Assembly (NCBI GenBank): GCA_951406725.2
Contig: OX597814.1
Location: 138,074,001-138,138,000 of the forward strand
Source of the DNA: Octopus vulgaris
Lineage: Eukaryota
DNA: 64,000 nt
Reading direction: 5' to 3'
Shown: piece after piece, positions 25,359-38,854 of the stretch
How positions within the stretch are numbered: the stretch's first letter is position 1
Layout of the letters: every line of letters starts with the position of its first letter
Notes under the pieces: generated by a model
Seen by the model: the letters and a program-made list of their open reading frames with translations, nothing else
What the model was told of the DNA's origin: nothing
The model's database searches: none
Made by a program: the position numbers and the translations under genes

Positions 25359-27202
25359 ACAGTTAATGCATGACAAGGAAACAGTCCCCGCCTGAAATCA
25401 GCAAGTAAAATAAACAGGCCTGGACAGTAGTAGTTATGTATTGAGAAATATGGTAAAAATTTACAATAATGGCAGTACAGAGTTGTTACAACATAACTGA
25501 GTCAATAGCCAAATATTGGTCAAGGTAAAATAGTCACCAAGAGTCATGAGTTCAAGAAGTATAAATTGAAGATGTGAGTTCTTAATGACAGAGTTCATCA
25601 TCATCATTTATTATCTGTTCTCCATGCTACCATGAGTTGGATGGTTTGACATGTGTGTGTCTTTGTGTCTCTGTTTGTCCCTTACCATCTCTTGATAACT
25701 GGTGCTGGCATGTTTATGTCCCCATAACTTAGTGGTTTGGCAAAGAGATCGATAGAATAAGTACTAAGCTTTTTTTTTTTTAATTCTTCAAAGTGGTGGT
25801 CCAGCATGGCTGCAATCTAATAACTGAAACAAGTAAAAAGTAAATATATGATGTAATAATATCATCATAAATTGGTAGCCATCATAATTTTTCCCAGTAA
25901 TAATAACACTCCTTAAATGGCTTGCACAGTTGATTGTCCTCCATTTTGTCAGGTATTTAAAGACTATGTAAACACCTGATAAATATAAGTAAGGAGGGGT
26001 CTTCATTACCCCCCACTGTTGTCTAGTCAGACTATCCCATCATTTTTTTTTTATTCAAGAAGAGCAAATCCAGGACAGCATATAAAATGTGCCCATCCTT
26101 TAGATATCAACCTGCCTGTGGTTCTATAACACCACCTTCCTCTTTTAAAGTGATATAATTTAATATATGCCATAAAAATTTCATATGAATAATTTGTTTT
26201 GAACTTCAGTTTAATAACAACAAAGTTATTTTGCTAATTTTTTCATTATTTTCAAAATCAATTAAAACAAAGACAGTGTACTTCAACAGAAATATGGTAA
26301 CAAAATGCTTATGTGATAAAGAAATTTGGTTATTATTAGTTTGAAATTTTGGCACAAGGCCAGCAATTTTGGGGGAGGGGTAAGTTGATTGCATTGACCC
26401 CAGTGCTCAACTAGTACTTATTTTATTGACCCCGAAAGGATGAACAAAGTCAACCTCGCCGGAATTTGAACTCAGTATGTTGAGATGTAAAAAGCACCCC
26501 TTGTGCCACGTAAAAAGCACTACTCACCTCACCTGTGCTTGTGCCATGTAAAAAGCACTATGTCTACTCTGCTGAGTAGTTGGTGTTAGAAAGGGCATCC
26601 AGCTGTAAACATCCTGCCAAAACAGTCACAGAGGTCTGGTGCAGGCTTTGGTCTGGCCAGCTCTTGTGGTACCGTCTCACCCATGCTAGCATGGAAGATG
26701 GATGTTAAACGATGATGATGTTGATGATGGATGTTAAAATAGACAAAATGCTGGTAATGATTCGGTCCAGCACAGTAATAATTCAGTCAGCTTGCCACCT
26801 TATAAATTTGGTTATTATTGCAAGCAAGCTTGGTGACTGTCTGCCAAATCCACCTCCACGGAACCCCCGAGACACACAAACACACATACGCATATATATA
26901 TATATATACATATATATGACAGGCTTCTTTCAGTTTCCGTCTACCAAATCCATTCACAAGGCTTTGGTCAGCCCGAGGCTATAGTAGAAGACACTTGCCC
27001 AAGGTGCCACGCAGTGGGACTGAACTTGGAACCATGTTGTTGGTAAGCAAGCTACTTACCACACAGCCACTCCTGCACCTATTAGTTATGTGCTTTTAAA
27101 CATTTTAAGTTTGAGTCTCATCAGATCTAATTGCTTGTTGTCTTTCAAAATCGATCATCTTGCTGCATGTCTAAATCAAATTTTAATTAATTAAAATTTC
27201 TC

Positions 27203-27557
27203 AGGCATGGCAGTATGGTAAGAAGCTTACTTACTAACCACATGGTTCTGGGTTCAGTCCTACTGTGTGGCACTTTGTGCAAGTGTCTTCTACTACAACC
27301 TCAGCCCAACCAAAGCCTTATGAGTGGATTTGGTAAATGGAAACTGAAAGAAGCCCGTTGTATATTAGTATGTGTCTTTGTGTCTGTGTTTGTCCCCCTC
27401 ACCACCACTTGACAACCAGTGTTGGTGTGTTTACATCCCTGTAACTTAGCAGTTTGGCAAAAAGAGACCGATAGAATAAGTAACTATCAGGGTTGATAAT
27501 TCAGTGCCCCAGCATGGCCACAGTCTAATAACTGGACAAGTAAAAGATAAAAGATAA
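27203..27557 (+). mobile_element. tRNA-derived SINE, family A
   Basis: Colinear with 20434-20850. Confidence 0.8.
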
Positions 27558-28576
27558 GAAAACGATAGTAGTCATCTCTTTATCACGACCAGATTTGATT
27601 TACATTTTAGTCATTCAGGCTATGATCACCTTTCGCACTGCAATTAACACACTTAATTAACTGAAATTTGTTTTGCTCACATTATTACATATGTTATCAC
27701 TCTGTTAACCACCAGTTATATGCACAGCTTGATTACACTCCTGTTCTCCCATAAGTTTTTAGCCTTATAAGAATCTTTATTACCCAGGGGGACATGTGGA
27801 AATTTCACAGTGTAAGTCAACATATGTGAATATCTACTCTCCCTTCTATTGATATATGTATATATCTATCTGTCTGCTCACAATACTGATAAGCATTTAA
27901 GCCAAATAAAAAGAAAAAGAATAATGACAGTGCCCCAGTATGGCCACAGTGTTTGGTTTGGAACATATAAAAGATAAAAGTGTAACATCCATTCCTATTT
28001 TGCTAAGGTTATTTCACTTTGATCTAACTATCTATTGATATATCTTTTATGGCATAAGTGTGTAGATCTACATGATATTGTTTCATTATGTTATACAATT
28101 TGACTGTGCCCGAGATTTGAACACACATATGCAGAATAATATAAACCTAGTCCCTCTGTCTCTCTCTCACTCTCTCTTTCACTTGTGTTTTCTCTTTCTA
28201 TTTTTTATTGATTTCACTTTTTCTGTTTCTCTCTTTGTCTCTCCTTTGCCTTCTCTTTCTATATATATATCTTTTCTCATTTGAGTTACTGCCTCCCTTG
28301 ATGTAACACATGGCCAAAACAGCCAAGCCTTAGGGACATCAAGAATTATAGCGTAATTCTATTCAAATTAGCAACTCTCTCTCCCTGCCACCTGCTCTTG
28401 ATGTAAATGTATTTGCTGTAACAGTTCTTTAAATTTGCTCCAACTGTATTTCTCTGTACAACTGTCTGTAATGACAAAATTTCTTAAATATCATATAGCA
28501 TTTTAACCTAACTTTCAAACAACAAATATCATAAATTACAGTTTTATTTACTTTAGATATTTTGTTTCATTTTCAG

Positions 28577-28702
28577 CATTCATAGTCTTCATCAACTGTG
28601 CAAACGTAAGGTGGGCTGCCAGGGTGCAAGGAATTTTCACAGCAACCAAAATATTTGCTTTACTTATTGTTGTTGTTGTTGGATTTTATACATTAATATC
28701 AG
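28577..28702 (+). CDS. Internal coding exon of an SLC7-family L-type/y+L amino acid transporter light chain (APC superfamily), TM4-TM5 region
   Basis: Polypyrimidine tract plus tttcag acceptor, and ag|gtaagt donor. 126 nt, phase 1-1, translating FIVFINCANVRWAARVQGIFTATKIFALLIVVVVGFYTLIS, which matches the LAT family motif VNCxxVKWAxRVQDxFTxAKxxALxxIIxxG. Paralog not assignable from one exon. Confidence 0.92.
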
Positions 28703-28779
28703 GTAAGTGTTCTACATTCACTCCTCCTTTTTTTTATATATAATAATCTTCATATGTTACCTACAAAGACCTCCTCTTG

Positions 28780-29320
28780 TCTCGTGTTATCAACTTACTT
28801 TTAACTGCCTTCGTGCCATATTATCCAAGTTATGAATTTACCCAAAACTACACATTATCTATGTTACCACCTCGCCCAAAACTGATCCTGATCCCATGTT
28901 ACCAATCTATCTAAAACTACCTTTGGCCCCCTTATTAATCCATTCACAACTACCTGTTGCCTTGTTTTGCCAACCCACAAAAGGCTACCTTTTATCCCTT
29001 GTTGCCAACCCAAACAAAACTGATCCTGGTCCCATGTACCAACACATCTAAAACAAACTACCTTTGGCCCTTTATTAATTCATTCATGACTACTTGTTGT
29101 TCAGTGTTACCAACCCACAAAAGGCTATCCTTTATCCCATGTCACTAACCCACCCAAGATCATACCTTTAGCCTCATACTACCATGCCCCTCCCCATCTC
29201 CCAAACTCACCCTTCATCCAATCAAGACTCCTAATGTTATGTTACCAATCTCTGCAATACTGGGGCATGTCACATGTTACCAAATCCACCTAAGACTTCG
29301 TTACCAAGCTGCCCCAAACT
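28780..29320. repeat. Degenerate ~37-40-bp C/A-rich minisatellite just downstream of the exon
   Basis: Recurring tgttaccaa..cac.caaaact units, with a higher-order ~140-bp repeat (acctttggccc.ttattaat.cattca at ~28920 and ~29060). Confidence 0.7.
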
Positions 29321-32161
29321 GTTCACTTTAAGGTGTCCATAATTAAATCAAAATTTTGATTGAAATTTTGTTATTACATGAATAACAATTCAAGATTTCA
29401 GTATCTAAAATATCTATCATGGTCATATGTCAATTCTCTGTGCCAAAACTGAACCTCTCACATTATTATTACTATTTTAATGTCATTTGTGAGATATATG
29501 GATGTATTAGATTGGTCTGTGTTATGGTCTCTTATTCATTATGGCCTCTTGTATCATATCATTCATGGAGTCTAATGTCTAGTGATCTGACCTCACCTCT
29601 TCTTCCTGTCTTCTTGGCTTTCTTCTTTTGCTCTGAGGACTTTCCACTGTTGATACACGGCACATTTCTATCCAGCATTTTATTTCCATTCACTTATATT
29701 CATATGAGTGCTATCATTTCTGCTGCATACATCAGCTGTATCCTTAATTCCCGACCACATCTTGGAGTCATTTGTACTCAGCTTCACATACAAGATAAGA
29801 TTAGAGTTAAGCAAAAAGAAAAAAAAAAGAAAAAGAAAGGGAGGCCTTTATTAATTGGATAACTAAAGGGAATGTCCATGAATTGTGCAGGCCCTTCCAC
29901 ATTGGACCCTGGTCTCCTGCTGAGTCATCAGAGTGGTGTTAGGATAAACAGCATGTCTTGTTTTGGATGTTTTAAACTTGGCAGAACCCATCTCTTTCCA
30001 GGTAGGGGCACAGCTAATTTCTTTCGCAAAGTACTGGACCGGTAATTTATTTATTGATCCCAGAAAGTCAGAAAGCAAAGTTGATCATGGTGGGACTTGA
30101 ACTCAGTGTGCAAAAGCTGGAATGAATACCACAAAATATTCTGTCCAGTGCTTTAATGAGTCTGCCAATTTGCCAGCTTGACACTGATGAGATTGTTGTG
30201 GGTGATGTTTAGTTGCAACATTTGTTGATCAATGGCTGTAGTCAGAATATAGTGGGGAAGAAATTTCAGAGGGTTGTAAATTCTAGAGAAGAAAGAGTGG
30301 ATAAATGTTTCATTTCAAGGTCTAAAAAGCACCCATACTGTCACAACATAAAAAGCACCTGTGCTGGCACCATATAAAAAGCACTCAATACACTGTAAAG
30401 TGGTTGGAAGAGCATCCAGATCCAGCCATAGAAACCATGCCAAAACAGACAATTGGAACCTTCTGCCTGCCAGCTCCTGTCAAACTGTCCAACCCAAGCC
30501 AGTATGGAAAACAGACATTAAATGATGATGATGATGATGATGATAGTGATGAGAAGACTAGATACAATAAAAATGCTGAAAAGAGGTGATACTGGATAGG
30601 GCAGGTGATCCTAGGTAGAGAGAGCAACCAGCTAGCTTAGTGGGAAAAGTAGAGACCATTGTGGTAACAACAGAAGAGGCAAAGAGAGGAAACCATGTGC
30701 TTGTGAATTTGTGGTTGTAGTATTTTGTGGAATGATTCATTGCCATTTAGTTGGATGGTCTCTTAGATGTGGTCCAGGATGTTGGTGTGACTGCAATAGG
30801 ATTTTACCACAGCTGAGAGCTGTAGTCCAATATGGGTGTTTTAGAGGTAAATTATGGGATCATGAATTAGTGCCCTATTTCAAGAGCAATCATGACAAAC
30901 CACCCTACTTCCTTCAGTGGAACTATCAGGCAATTGGCTACAATAAAAGTCTGGAATAATTACATTAAAAAAACTTGTCAGCCTTACACAGAATCTCTAG
31001 GTCCTAGAAAACTGATAAAGGCACTAAATATTTCCCATGAGGCTGACAATTTAAAACTTTTTACTCCAGTCAGTTGCTTGTGCCCATTGCGGGGATAGAT
31101 GGGTAGTTGCTGCCCTGATTGCACCTGACATAAGCACTAAACCTTGTTTCCAAAATTCAGATTGATGTCCTACCGATTGAGCTAAACAGGAAGATAACCA
31201 GTATCAATGAAAATAAATGCATCACAAAATCTGGCTTGAAAATTCCTTCTTGATGTTAATATATTTCTGAAAGACTTAATAGGGGTCAGTGGTTCTCCAA
31301 GTGGACAGACCCTACTCATGGAAAATTTTATATCAGAACCAAGTACAAAGGTGGCAGTAAGGAAGGTGTGTGATGGTTGCATTGTACATTTTGTTTCAGC
31401 CTTTGACTCCTACTTGAATATTGCTTTCATATTTTGGCACAACGCCAGCAATTTTGAAGGAGAGGGTAAGCTGAATACATCAACTCCAGTGCCCAACTAG
31501 TATGTATTTAATTGACCCTGAAAAGATGAAAGGTAAAGTTGAACTTGGCAGAATTTGAACTCAGAATGGATGAAATGTTGCTAAGTATCTTGTCTGGTGT
31601 GCTAACAATTCTGCCAGCTTGCTGCCTTAAATTTATTCATGATAAATAATAATAATAGATTTATTCATAATATTGCTGTCAAGTTTTGGTGCAAGGCCAG
31701 CATTTTTGAGGGCATGGGTAAGCTGATTAAATTGTCTTCCCACTGTCCAACCGGTCCCTTATTTTATCAACCTTGAAAGGATGAAAGGCCAAGTCAACTT
31801 AGGCAGAATTTGAACTCAGTATACAATAGTAGTACAATCTAGTATACAATATGTAATAGTATATAGTATTATTGATCCATTTTGGCTGATTTTAACATTC
31901 ATTTTCACACAGGAATTAGGTAATTAGGTGATTACATAATCCCTGCACAAATGCTATATATTAAGATTAATATACCCACTCTATTGACAAATATATGACT
32001 GGCTGGCTGGCTCTCCTGACTAATGGATTCTTACACACACACACACACATGTACATGCTTAAATATTATCAATTCTAGCTATGTGTTTCATCTTTTAATC
32101 TCATAATCTGCCTACATGCATAAAAAAAGACATGTGTAAACTTGGATGTGGGAAATGAAAT

Positions 32162-32188
32162 GTGTGTGTGAATATATATATATATATA

Positions 32189-32233
<45 letters not shown>

Positions 32234-32375
32234 GTATATATCTATGTATGTATGTATGTATGTATGTATATATCTATGTATGTATGTATGTATGTATATA
32301 TCTATGTATATATGCATATATATATTTATATTATTATGTATATATATATATAATATAAATAATATATATATATGC
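32162..32375. repeat. (TA)n/(TATG)n compound microsatellite
   Basis: Direct reading of the sequence. Confidence 0.95.
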
Positions 32376-33230
32376 ATATGTGGGTACAGATGTCACCAAA
32401 TGTAAACAATATGAAATACGATAACAACATGAAATACAAAGACAACTTTTTTTTTTGCAAACAATGAGAGAAACAAATGGGAAACAAGACAAGTAACATA
32501 TAAAAACGCCCCTTCATCAGTTGTCGGCTGTTTATCTACTCCACATTTCAAGAAATTCACGACTATATATATGTGTGTGTGTGTGTGTCTGTGTGTGAAT
32601 ATAGAAAGAATATGACTATAAATTAGGATATAAAGATAACTTCCAACTGCTAGCTATGACGGGAAGGTGTATGAAACACAAAGAATATATACTTGAGATC
32701 AGCCAAAGGCCTGTGCTAACTAGGGTGAAGCAGAAATTCATTAAATGTTTCACTTTGAGTAGGGTGTTGTCTCAGTTAGCAGTCACTCAAGTGAAACTCA
32801 TGCCCAGAACTAAGTCACCCTGACTTAATAATACTTGAAAGTACATTAAAAAGGATGTGTATGTGAGAGGTGCAGGAGCGGGGGGGGGGCTGGGTCATTG
32901 ATTTGTTGCTGTAAGGCATTGGAAAAGTGTAAAAAAGAGGAAAATGGGTGTAGTTAATAAAAGTCTGAGAAGAACTGGAGTAAAAGAACTAAAGGAAAGC
33001 ATGTGTGTATTCCATATATGTATTGTTTAACTGAAGATTTAATATGTTTGTGAGTCCTGAGGTGAGTTGCCATTACAGACTATCACTAGTTACCATTGAT
33101 TTTTAAGTTGGTGGTGATGGTCATGGTGGGAATAAAGTTAAATAATAATTTGTTGTAAAGCACAAACCCATAAGTTTTCATGTGGAGTAGGGAACAATCA
33201 CTCGTGTTGATCCCTGCCACCACCACCACC

Positions 33231-33274
33231 ACACAACATTTCGGCTGATATACCCTCCAGCCTTCATCAGGTGT
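33231..33274 (-). ncRNA. Minimal type I hammerhead ribozyme motif (PLE-type)
   Basis: Minus strand: acac-CTGATGA-a-ggctg-gagggtatat-cagcc-GAAA-tg-TT-gtgt. Intact core, 5-bp stem II, stem I acac/gtgt, vestigial stem III (AACGTT if the CpG seen in the partner copy is restored). Confidence 0.75.
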
Positions 33275-33532
33275 CTTGGGAAAATTCCGAACCTGGGTTC
33301 TCATATTCCTACGGTATTTTTTGTCGTTGTTGTTGTTGATCAGCTATACCCAATTTATCAATATCTCCTCGTGTCACAGCTTTGCGATGTTCGTCTACCC
33401 TTATTTTGAGGGGGTGGCATGTTTCACCTTTGTATAATCTACCACAGCTTTTGTATAACCTACCACATGCAGTCTTTGGTCATATTCTCTTCTATTGGTG
33501 GTTTTACTTGAAGGAGATATTTGCAAAGTGTG

Positions 33533-33573
33533 ACACTTGATGAAGGCTGGAGGGTATATCAGCCGAAACGTGT
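33533..33573 (+). ncRNA. Second copy of the same hammerhead motif, inverted and mutated
   Basis: acac-TTGATGA-a-ggctg-gagggtatat-cagcc-GAAA-c-gtgt. Identical stem II, C3>U, and a 3-nt deletion at the cleavage site. Confidence 0.6.
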
Positions 33574-34333
33574 TAACAGCAAACAAGATGAGGAGAAATA
33601 TCCATCAAATGTAAATAATGTAAATAATGTGGATATAGACAATATTGAACACATGTACACAAGTTATGTGCTTTGCTAGTTCTTGGGTAGGCTGTGCTTA
33701 TGGGTGTAAGAGAATATATTCTTATCAATTTACCTGGTGTTAAAGCACACACATACACACAACACACATACACACACTCATATGTGATGGGCTTCCATAG
33801 TTTCCATCAATGAAATTCACTCATAAGGCATTGGTTAGCCTGGAGGTACAGTAGAATACACTTGCCCATGCTGCCTTGCTATGGGACTGAACCCAAAAGC
33901 TCTTGGTTACAAAGTGAGCTCATCAGCCACACACTACTATTTCATAGTTATCTTCTTTTACCCATTTTGTCTCTATGTTTTTGTAATTCACATTTATGAA
34001 ATTGCTTTGTAAATCACACTTATAAAATGGTTTATGAACACAGTTTTTGTTTTTCACTCTTGCTATTTTTACCATTATTTCAGGGAAAAGTGAGACATGG
34101 AAACATCCATTTGAAAATACAAACAAAGATATTGGACACATAGCACTCTCATTTTATGCTGGCTTGTATTCCTACTCAGGGTGGTAAGTAACGACACTCT
34201 TGTTTGAAGTTAGCAGTTACAGACATGCATTTAGGAAAACGAATATGAAAACTGCTTAGTTTATTCCTCTGCACCTATATATCTACATGTGTGTGAGAGC
34301 ACTCATGTGAGTGTGTATATATATATGTTTGTT

Positions 34334-34607
34334 TACAATATATTACTGGCAGAAGCAGATCTTAGCTATCACTCCAATGCGCAGGTGCACATGGCTGACG
34401 TGAGCCTACTAGCTCGTAACCGGTCAGTCCCGCAATCCTGTCAGCTATTGGAGAGTAATAGGGGTTCAATCTCCCTGCTAGCGATGTATTGTATATAAGG
34501 GTGTGGAGCTTGCACCAAAAACCAGCTGGTGGAGAATCCACCTGGGGTTAAACTAGTAGTAACATTCATCTGCCACTTAGATATGGCTACTTGCTTTACT
34601 GTTTTGT
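34334..34607 (+). mobile_element. Fold-back + tail element with a hammerhead-like spacer
   Basis: Imperfect inverted arms 34334-34378 and 34447-34493. The spacer contains ctgacgt-gagc-ctacta-gctc-gtaa-ccgg-tc. Tail runs to (TA)n. Confidence 0.5.
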
Positions 34608-35688
34608 ATATATATATATATATATATATATACATGACAGGAAAAAGTTGCAAGATCGCTCAGAGGAATTTAACCTTGCTATAGTGTAAACTGTATGGTC
34701 TTGCTAACCACTTTATTAAAGCAACATCTAAATTAGATTACACACACACACACACATCATTGTCTAAGTATCCCTAAGTCAGAAAAAATACAGTGTTATC
34801 AATCAACTGCTCTTAGAGAGCAGTTACCATTTTTTTCATACCACCCATCTCTAATGAGTGCAGTTATTAGATAATCTGATTACCTTATATCCTGCACAAA
34901 ACAGTTTGATAAAATCAGTGGTATTGGATCTATAATACTGTATACTTTGATTAATATATACCTGCATATATTTGTGGGCACAAGCAAAGAAATTTTCTTC
35001 ACAATCCTATGAATCTGGGCTCAATTCCAATGTGCAATACATTTTGTCTGCTACCACACCTTTGGTTTGATTGAAGCATCATGAAATAAATTTGGTAGAT
35101 GGAAACTGTAGCAGCCTATTGGAGACTGTAGCTGTTTTTTCAGGGTATGCCTAAACAGACTTTCAGTTTAACACCACCATCTGACCCTTAGGTGTCTTTA
35201 GTGAAGTCCACTTTACTGTAACCATTTGGCTTAGGCCAATGTACTAAAGATATCTTGGTATCTTAAAGTCCTGCTTCTTATTACAGGCAACAACCTATAA
35301 GTTGCTTGGTTAAAATTTATTGAGTCAATTAATAGACATGTATCTATAATTTGAAAGTAATATGATATCAATATCAGCTTGTTGTTTTTATACAATATAC
35401 ATTTATAATGATGATTGTAATCTACAATGATGCAAGTTCTCAAATTTCTCATGCTGAATGTTAAGTTAGCATTATTATGAAGATGAGACACCATACTATT
35501 ACTGATAGTATGGTGTCTTATCTTTGCAATAATTGGTCAGACAGAGTTTTACTGAGGTAGATTTTCTGTAGATTTTGCCTTTCATCCTTTCGGGGTTGAT
35601 AAATTAAGTACCTGTTGCGTACTGGGGTCGATCTAATCAACTGGCCCCCTCCCCAAAAATTTTGGGCCTTGTGCCTAGAGGAGAAATG

Positions 35689-35742
<54 letters not shown>

Positions 35743-35829
35743 GAATTTACAAAAAAAAAACGAAAGATGAAGACGGGTGTGTAAAGAACAAACAGATGTA
35801 TTAGTTTAATGCTTGGGAAGTGAGAAAGT

Positions 35830-35865
35830 CTTTTACGTTTCGAGCCTATGCTCTTCAGTAGAAAG
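35830..35865 (-). ncRNA. Hammerhead-like motif with a non-canonical core
   Basis: Minus strand: cttt-CTACTGA-a-gagc-atag-gctc-GAAA-cg-TA-aaag. All three stems have the same geometry as 33231-33274, but the core differs from CUGANGA at 2 positions. Lies in a ~190-bp element abutting (TA)n, with a decayed relative at 18065-18260. Confidence 0.4.
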
Positions 35866-37869
35866 GAACACAAAAATAAACAGAGAGAGAAGATAGAAAA
35901 AGGTTTAGGGGCTAACAATCTATCATTCTTTTGGTTTCTGTCTACCAAATCTGTTCACAAGACTCAGTCAGATCGCTTGGAGCTATAACAGAGGACACTT
36001 GCCCAAAATGCTTTGCTGTTGGACTGAACCCAGAACCATGTGTCTGGGAAGCAAACATCTTACCACACAGTTATGTCTACACCTACTATTATTAATAATA
36101 ATACTAATATTTATATAAATTCAATCCAGTGGTGATCCAAAAGTTAGGTCTGCATTTAAAGGATTTCAACAACAAAAAGCAAAATAGCAGCATATGGTAA
36201 ATAAATTTACATGATAAGGAAGGAAGCAGAAGTGAGTTAATTTTTGTTGGTAGTTCTTTGTTAAGAGAAATCAGAAATAAAAAAAAACAATGTCATGACC
36301 AAGAGAATTGAAACGATAAGCTACAGGTCAAAGTGATTCAGTATTGTTACATCAGACACTTAAATGACGCTGTGTAAAATGGTTTACCTATCTCCAACCA
36401 GTTTCTCTCATGTACAATAAACCACAAAGTTGACTTCTAATACACTCCGAAAGAGAGAGAGGGAAAAACTACCTCGCTTGGCAACAGGTGGGGGTTGGCG
36501 TCAGGATGGGCATCCGGCTGTAGAAAGCTTGCCACATGCTTAGCGCTGCGTATATCTGCATACATTTTTATGTAGGTGCAGGCATGGGTAGGTGCGGACA
36601 TGGCTGTGTGGTTAGGGAGCTTGCTTCCTAGCTATATGGTTTCGGGTTCAGTCCCACTGCGTGGCACTTTGGGTAGGTGTTTTCTGCTATAGCCCTGAGT
36701 CGACCGAAGCTTTGTGATTGAATTCGGCAGGCGGAAGTTACTGCCGTGTATGTATATGTGCGTGTAGGTGCTTGTTCCTCTCCGAAAGAGAGAGAGGGAA
36801 TGTTATTGGTGGTACTGGAGAAATGGTCTGTAATGTAGAAGAAAGGATGAAGCCTATGTAGGATGGCTGTGTTCTGTACAAAGAGGCAGGTATTGCATTG
36901 GGATCTGTTGAGTGTGTATGAAAGAACTCTGGATCAGAACATTGTAAAGGTTGTGGTTGCATCTGATAAGAGGGAGAAGGAATTCTGAAAAGACATGGGA
37001 AGTAGTAATAAATGTGCTTGTGTGTTAAGATGTATGTATAGGTTTAGATGTGTGTGTTGATATGAAGGAAGGATAAATGTGTGTGGGTATCAATATGTGA
37101 TATGTAGGTATGTATAAGTATTGATGTGTGTGTGTGTGTTGATATGGAAGCTTCTTGTGTGTGTATATATATGAATGTAGACGTCCTCTCTCAATGTCAT
37201 TTTTTTCTAGATCTTTAACTTTATTGTTAACTCTTCCTATTGCAGTCCTTGCTTTGAATATAAAACAACAGCCTCAATAGTAAAATGGATGTGATTGGTC
37301 TGATCTACAAGCTGCACTCACTCAATCATCACTTGTTAGAGTGTGCAACATTGCTTCTGACAAAAGTCTACAGTTTTAATTACAATCATGACAAAGACCA
37401 AAATACCATTTACTGTTTAGTACCAGAGAGAATGAAACTTCAATTCCATCTCGGAAATGATCTTTATCTTGGTCTATGTGTAAGAAAGGCTTTCGCAAGA
37501 ACACAGCATTGTGTGTTCAGTGCAAACATTAAATAAGTACATTGAGATCTCTAACAAAGTAATTGACAATTAATATTTTATGTATCTGATACAAAAGTAA
37601 TGGTCTAAAAATTACTCAAGCAGGTCATTTGCTGATGTTGACAGCTGCTGTTACTTACATGACCTAATTAGTGTCGGTGGGGTGTAGTGAAATTGTAGTA
37701 ATTAGAGCAAGAAAACTGGAAGATGCAGTATTTTTACTCTAAGTCAGCACTGATCAAGTAGACCTATGAACAAGATATTTGAGCTATAATATTCACATTT
37801 ATAGTTTTGTGTGTTGTGTGAATGTTTTTAGGTGTAGTATTATATGTTAGAGCTTATTATCCAATGTTG

Positions 37870-37903
<34 letters not shown>

Positions 37904-38332
37904 TTAGCATCTATTTCTATGCTGGCATGGGCTGGATGGTTTGTCAGAAGCTAACCAGCTGAAGAGCTGTTCAGGATCCATATCTGTTTTGGCATGGTTT
38001 CTATGGCTGGATGCCTGGCCTAATACCAACCTCTTTACAGAGTGTTTTGGATGCTTTTACACAGCACCAGTATGGGTGCGTTTTACATGGCACTAGCACT
38101 TATGAGTCTGCAAGATTAGGGATACTCAGCTAGAGAGGGTTACAAGAAACAAGCCTGTATGCAAGGGCAACCATGCTTTTACTTAGCTTGATGTGTCTTT
38201 TCAAGTGCAACAAACTGCCAGGAGTCCTGGTTGCTTGTATTCCCCCTGTGAGTCCCAATGTTTGTAGATCCTTTTTCATCACTTTGTCTCACATCTTCCT
38301 GGGTCAACCCCTTCCACGTGTTCCTGTCACAT
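37870..38332 (-). mobile_element. Older RTE LINE 3' fragment
   Basis: (CAT)n tail, ggcatggtttctatggctggatgcc, and an ORF-end remnant matching GRGRPRKTWDEV on the minus strand. Confidence 0.75.
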
Positions 38333-38854
38333 TTAATTAAGTGAACTAAATGCATAATCTTTTATTTTTAAAGATTGTAGGGTATTATTTGAGGGAGATT
38401 TGGTCGCTGTTTTTTGCAAGTTGAGTGACCTTGCAGTTGCCTCTTCATTGGTTTAACAACAAAGGGTTTCTCTCTGTTCATGCAAAATGTAAACTGTATA
38501 TAGTATAAAGTATATCTTAGGCTGACTTCAATTCTTTGTTGGTGTATATAGTTTAGAGTGAAAGATTTACTTCACCAACATGCTCAACATGATCACAGAA
38601 TCTTCAGTAGTGCTTCTTTGCTATGTGATATCTTCTGAAATCTGTGTGATATCTTCAATGAAGTGTGGCCTTTTCTTGAATTCTGATGCACAAAAATATC
38701 AACTGCACTGGTATATGTATATATGTGCAGAAGATTGTTGTATGCTCAATAAGAAACAGCTGTGCTGGAAGTAAAAGTAGAGAGCTTTTAAAAAGATTAT
38801 AGAATTTAGTAAATAAGGAGAACCAATCTCTAACTGTACAGGGAGCCTATGGGT

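Noticed and set aside
32480-32562. Minus-strand gacaa-CTGATGA...ttgtc resembling a hammerhead
   Set aside because: No stem II or GAAA between the core and the closing strand. It may be a deleted relic but cannot be called.
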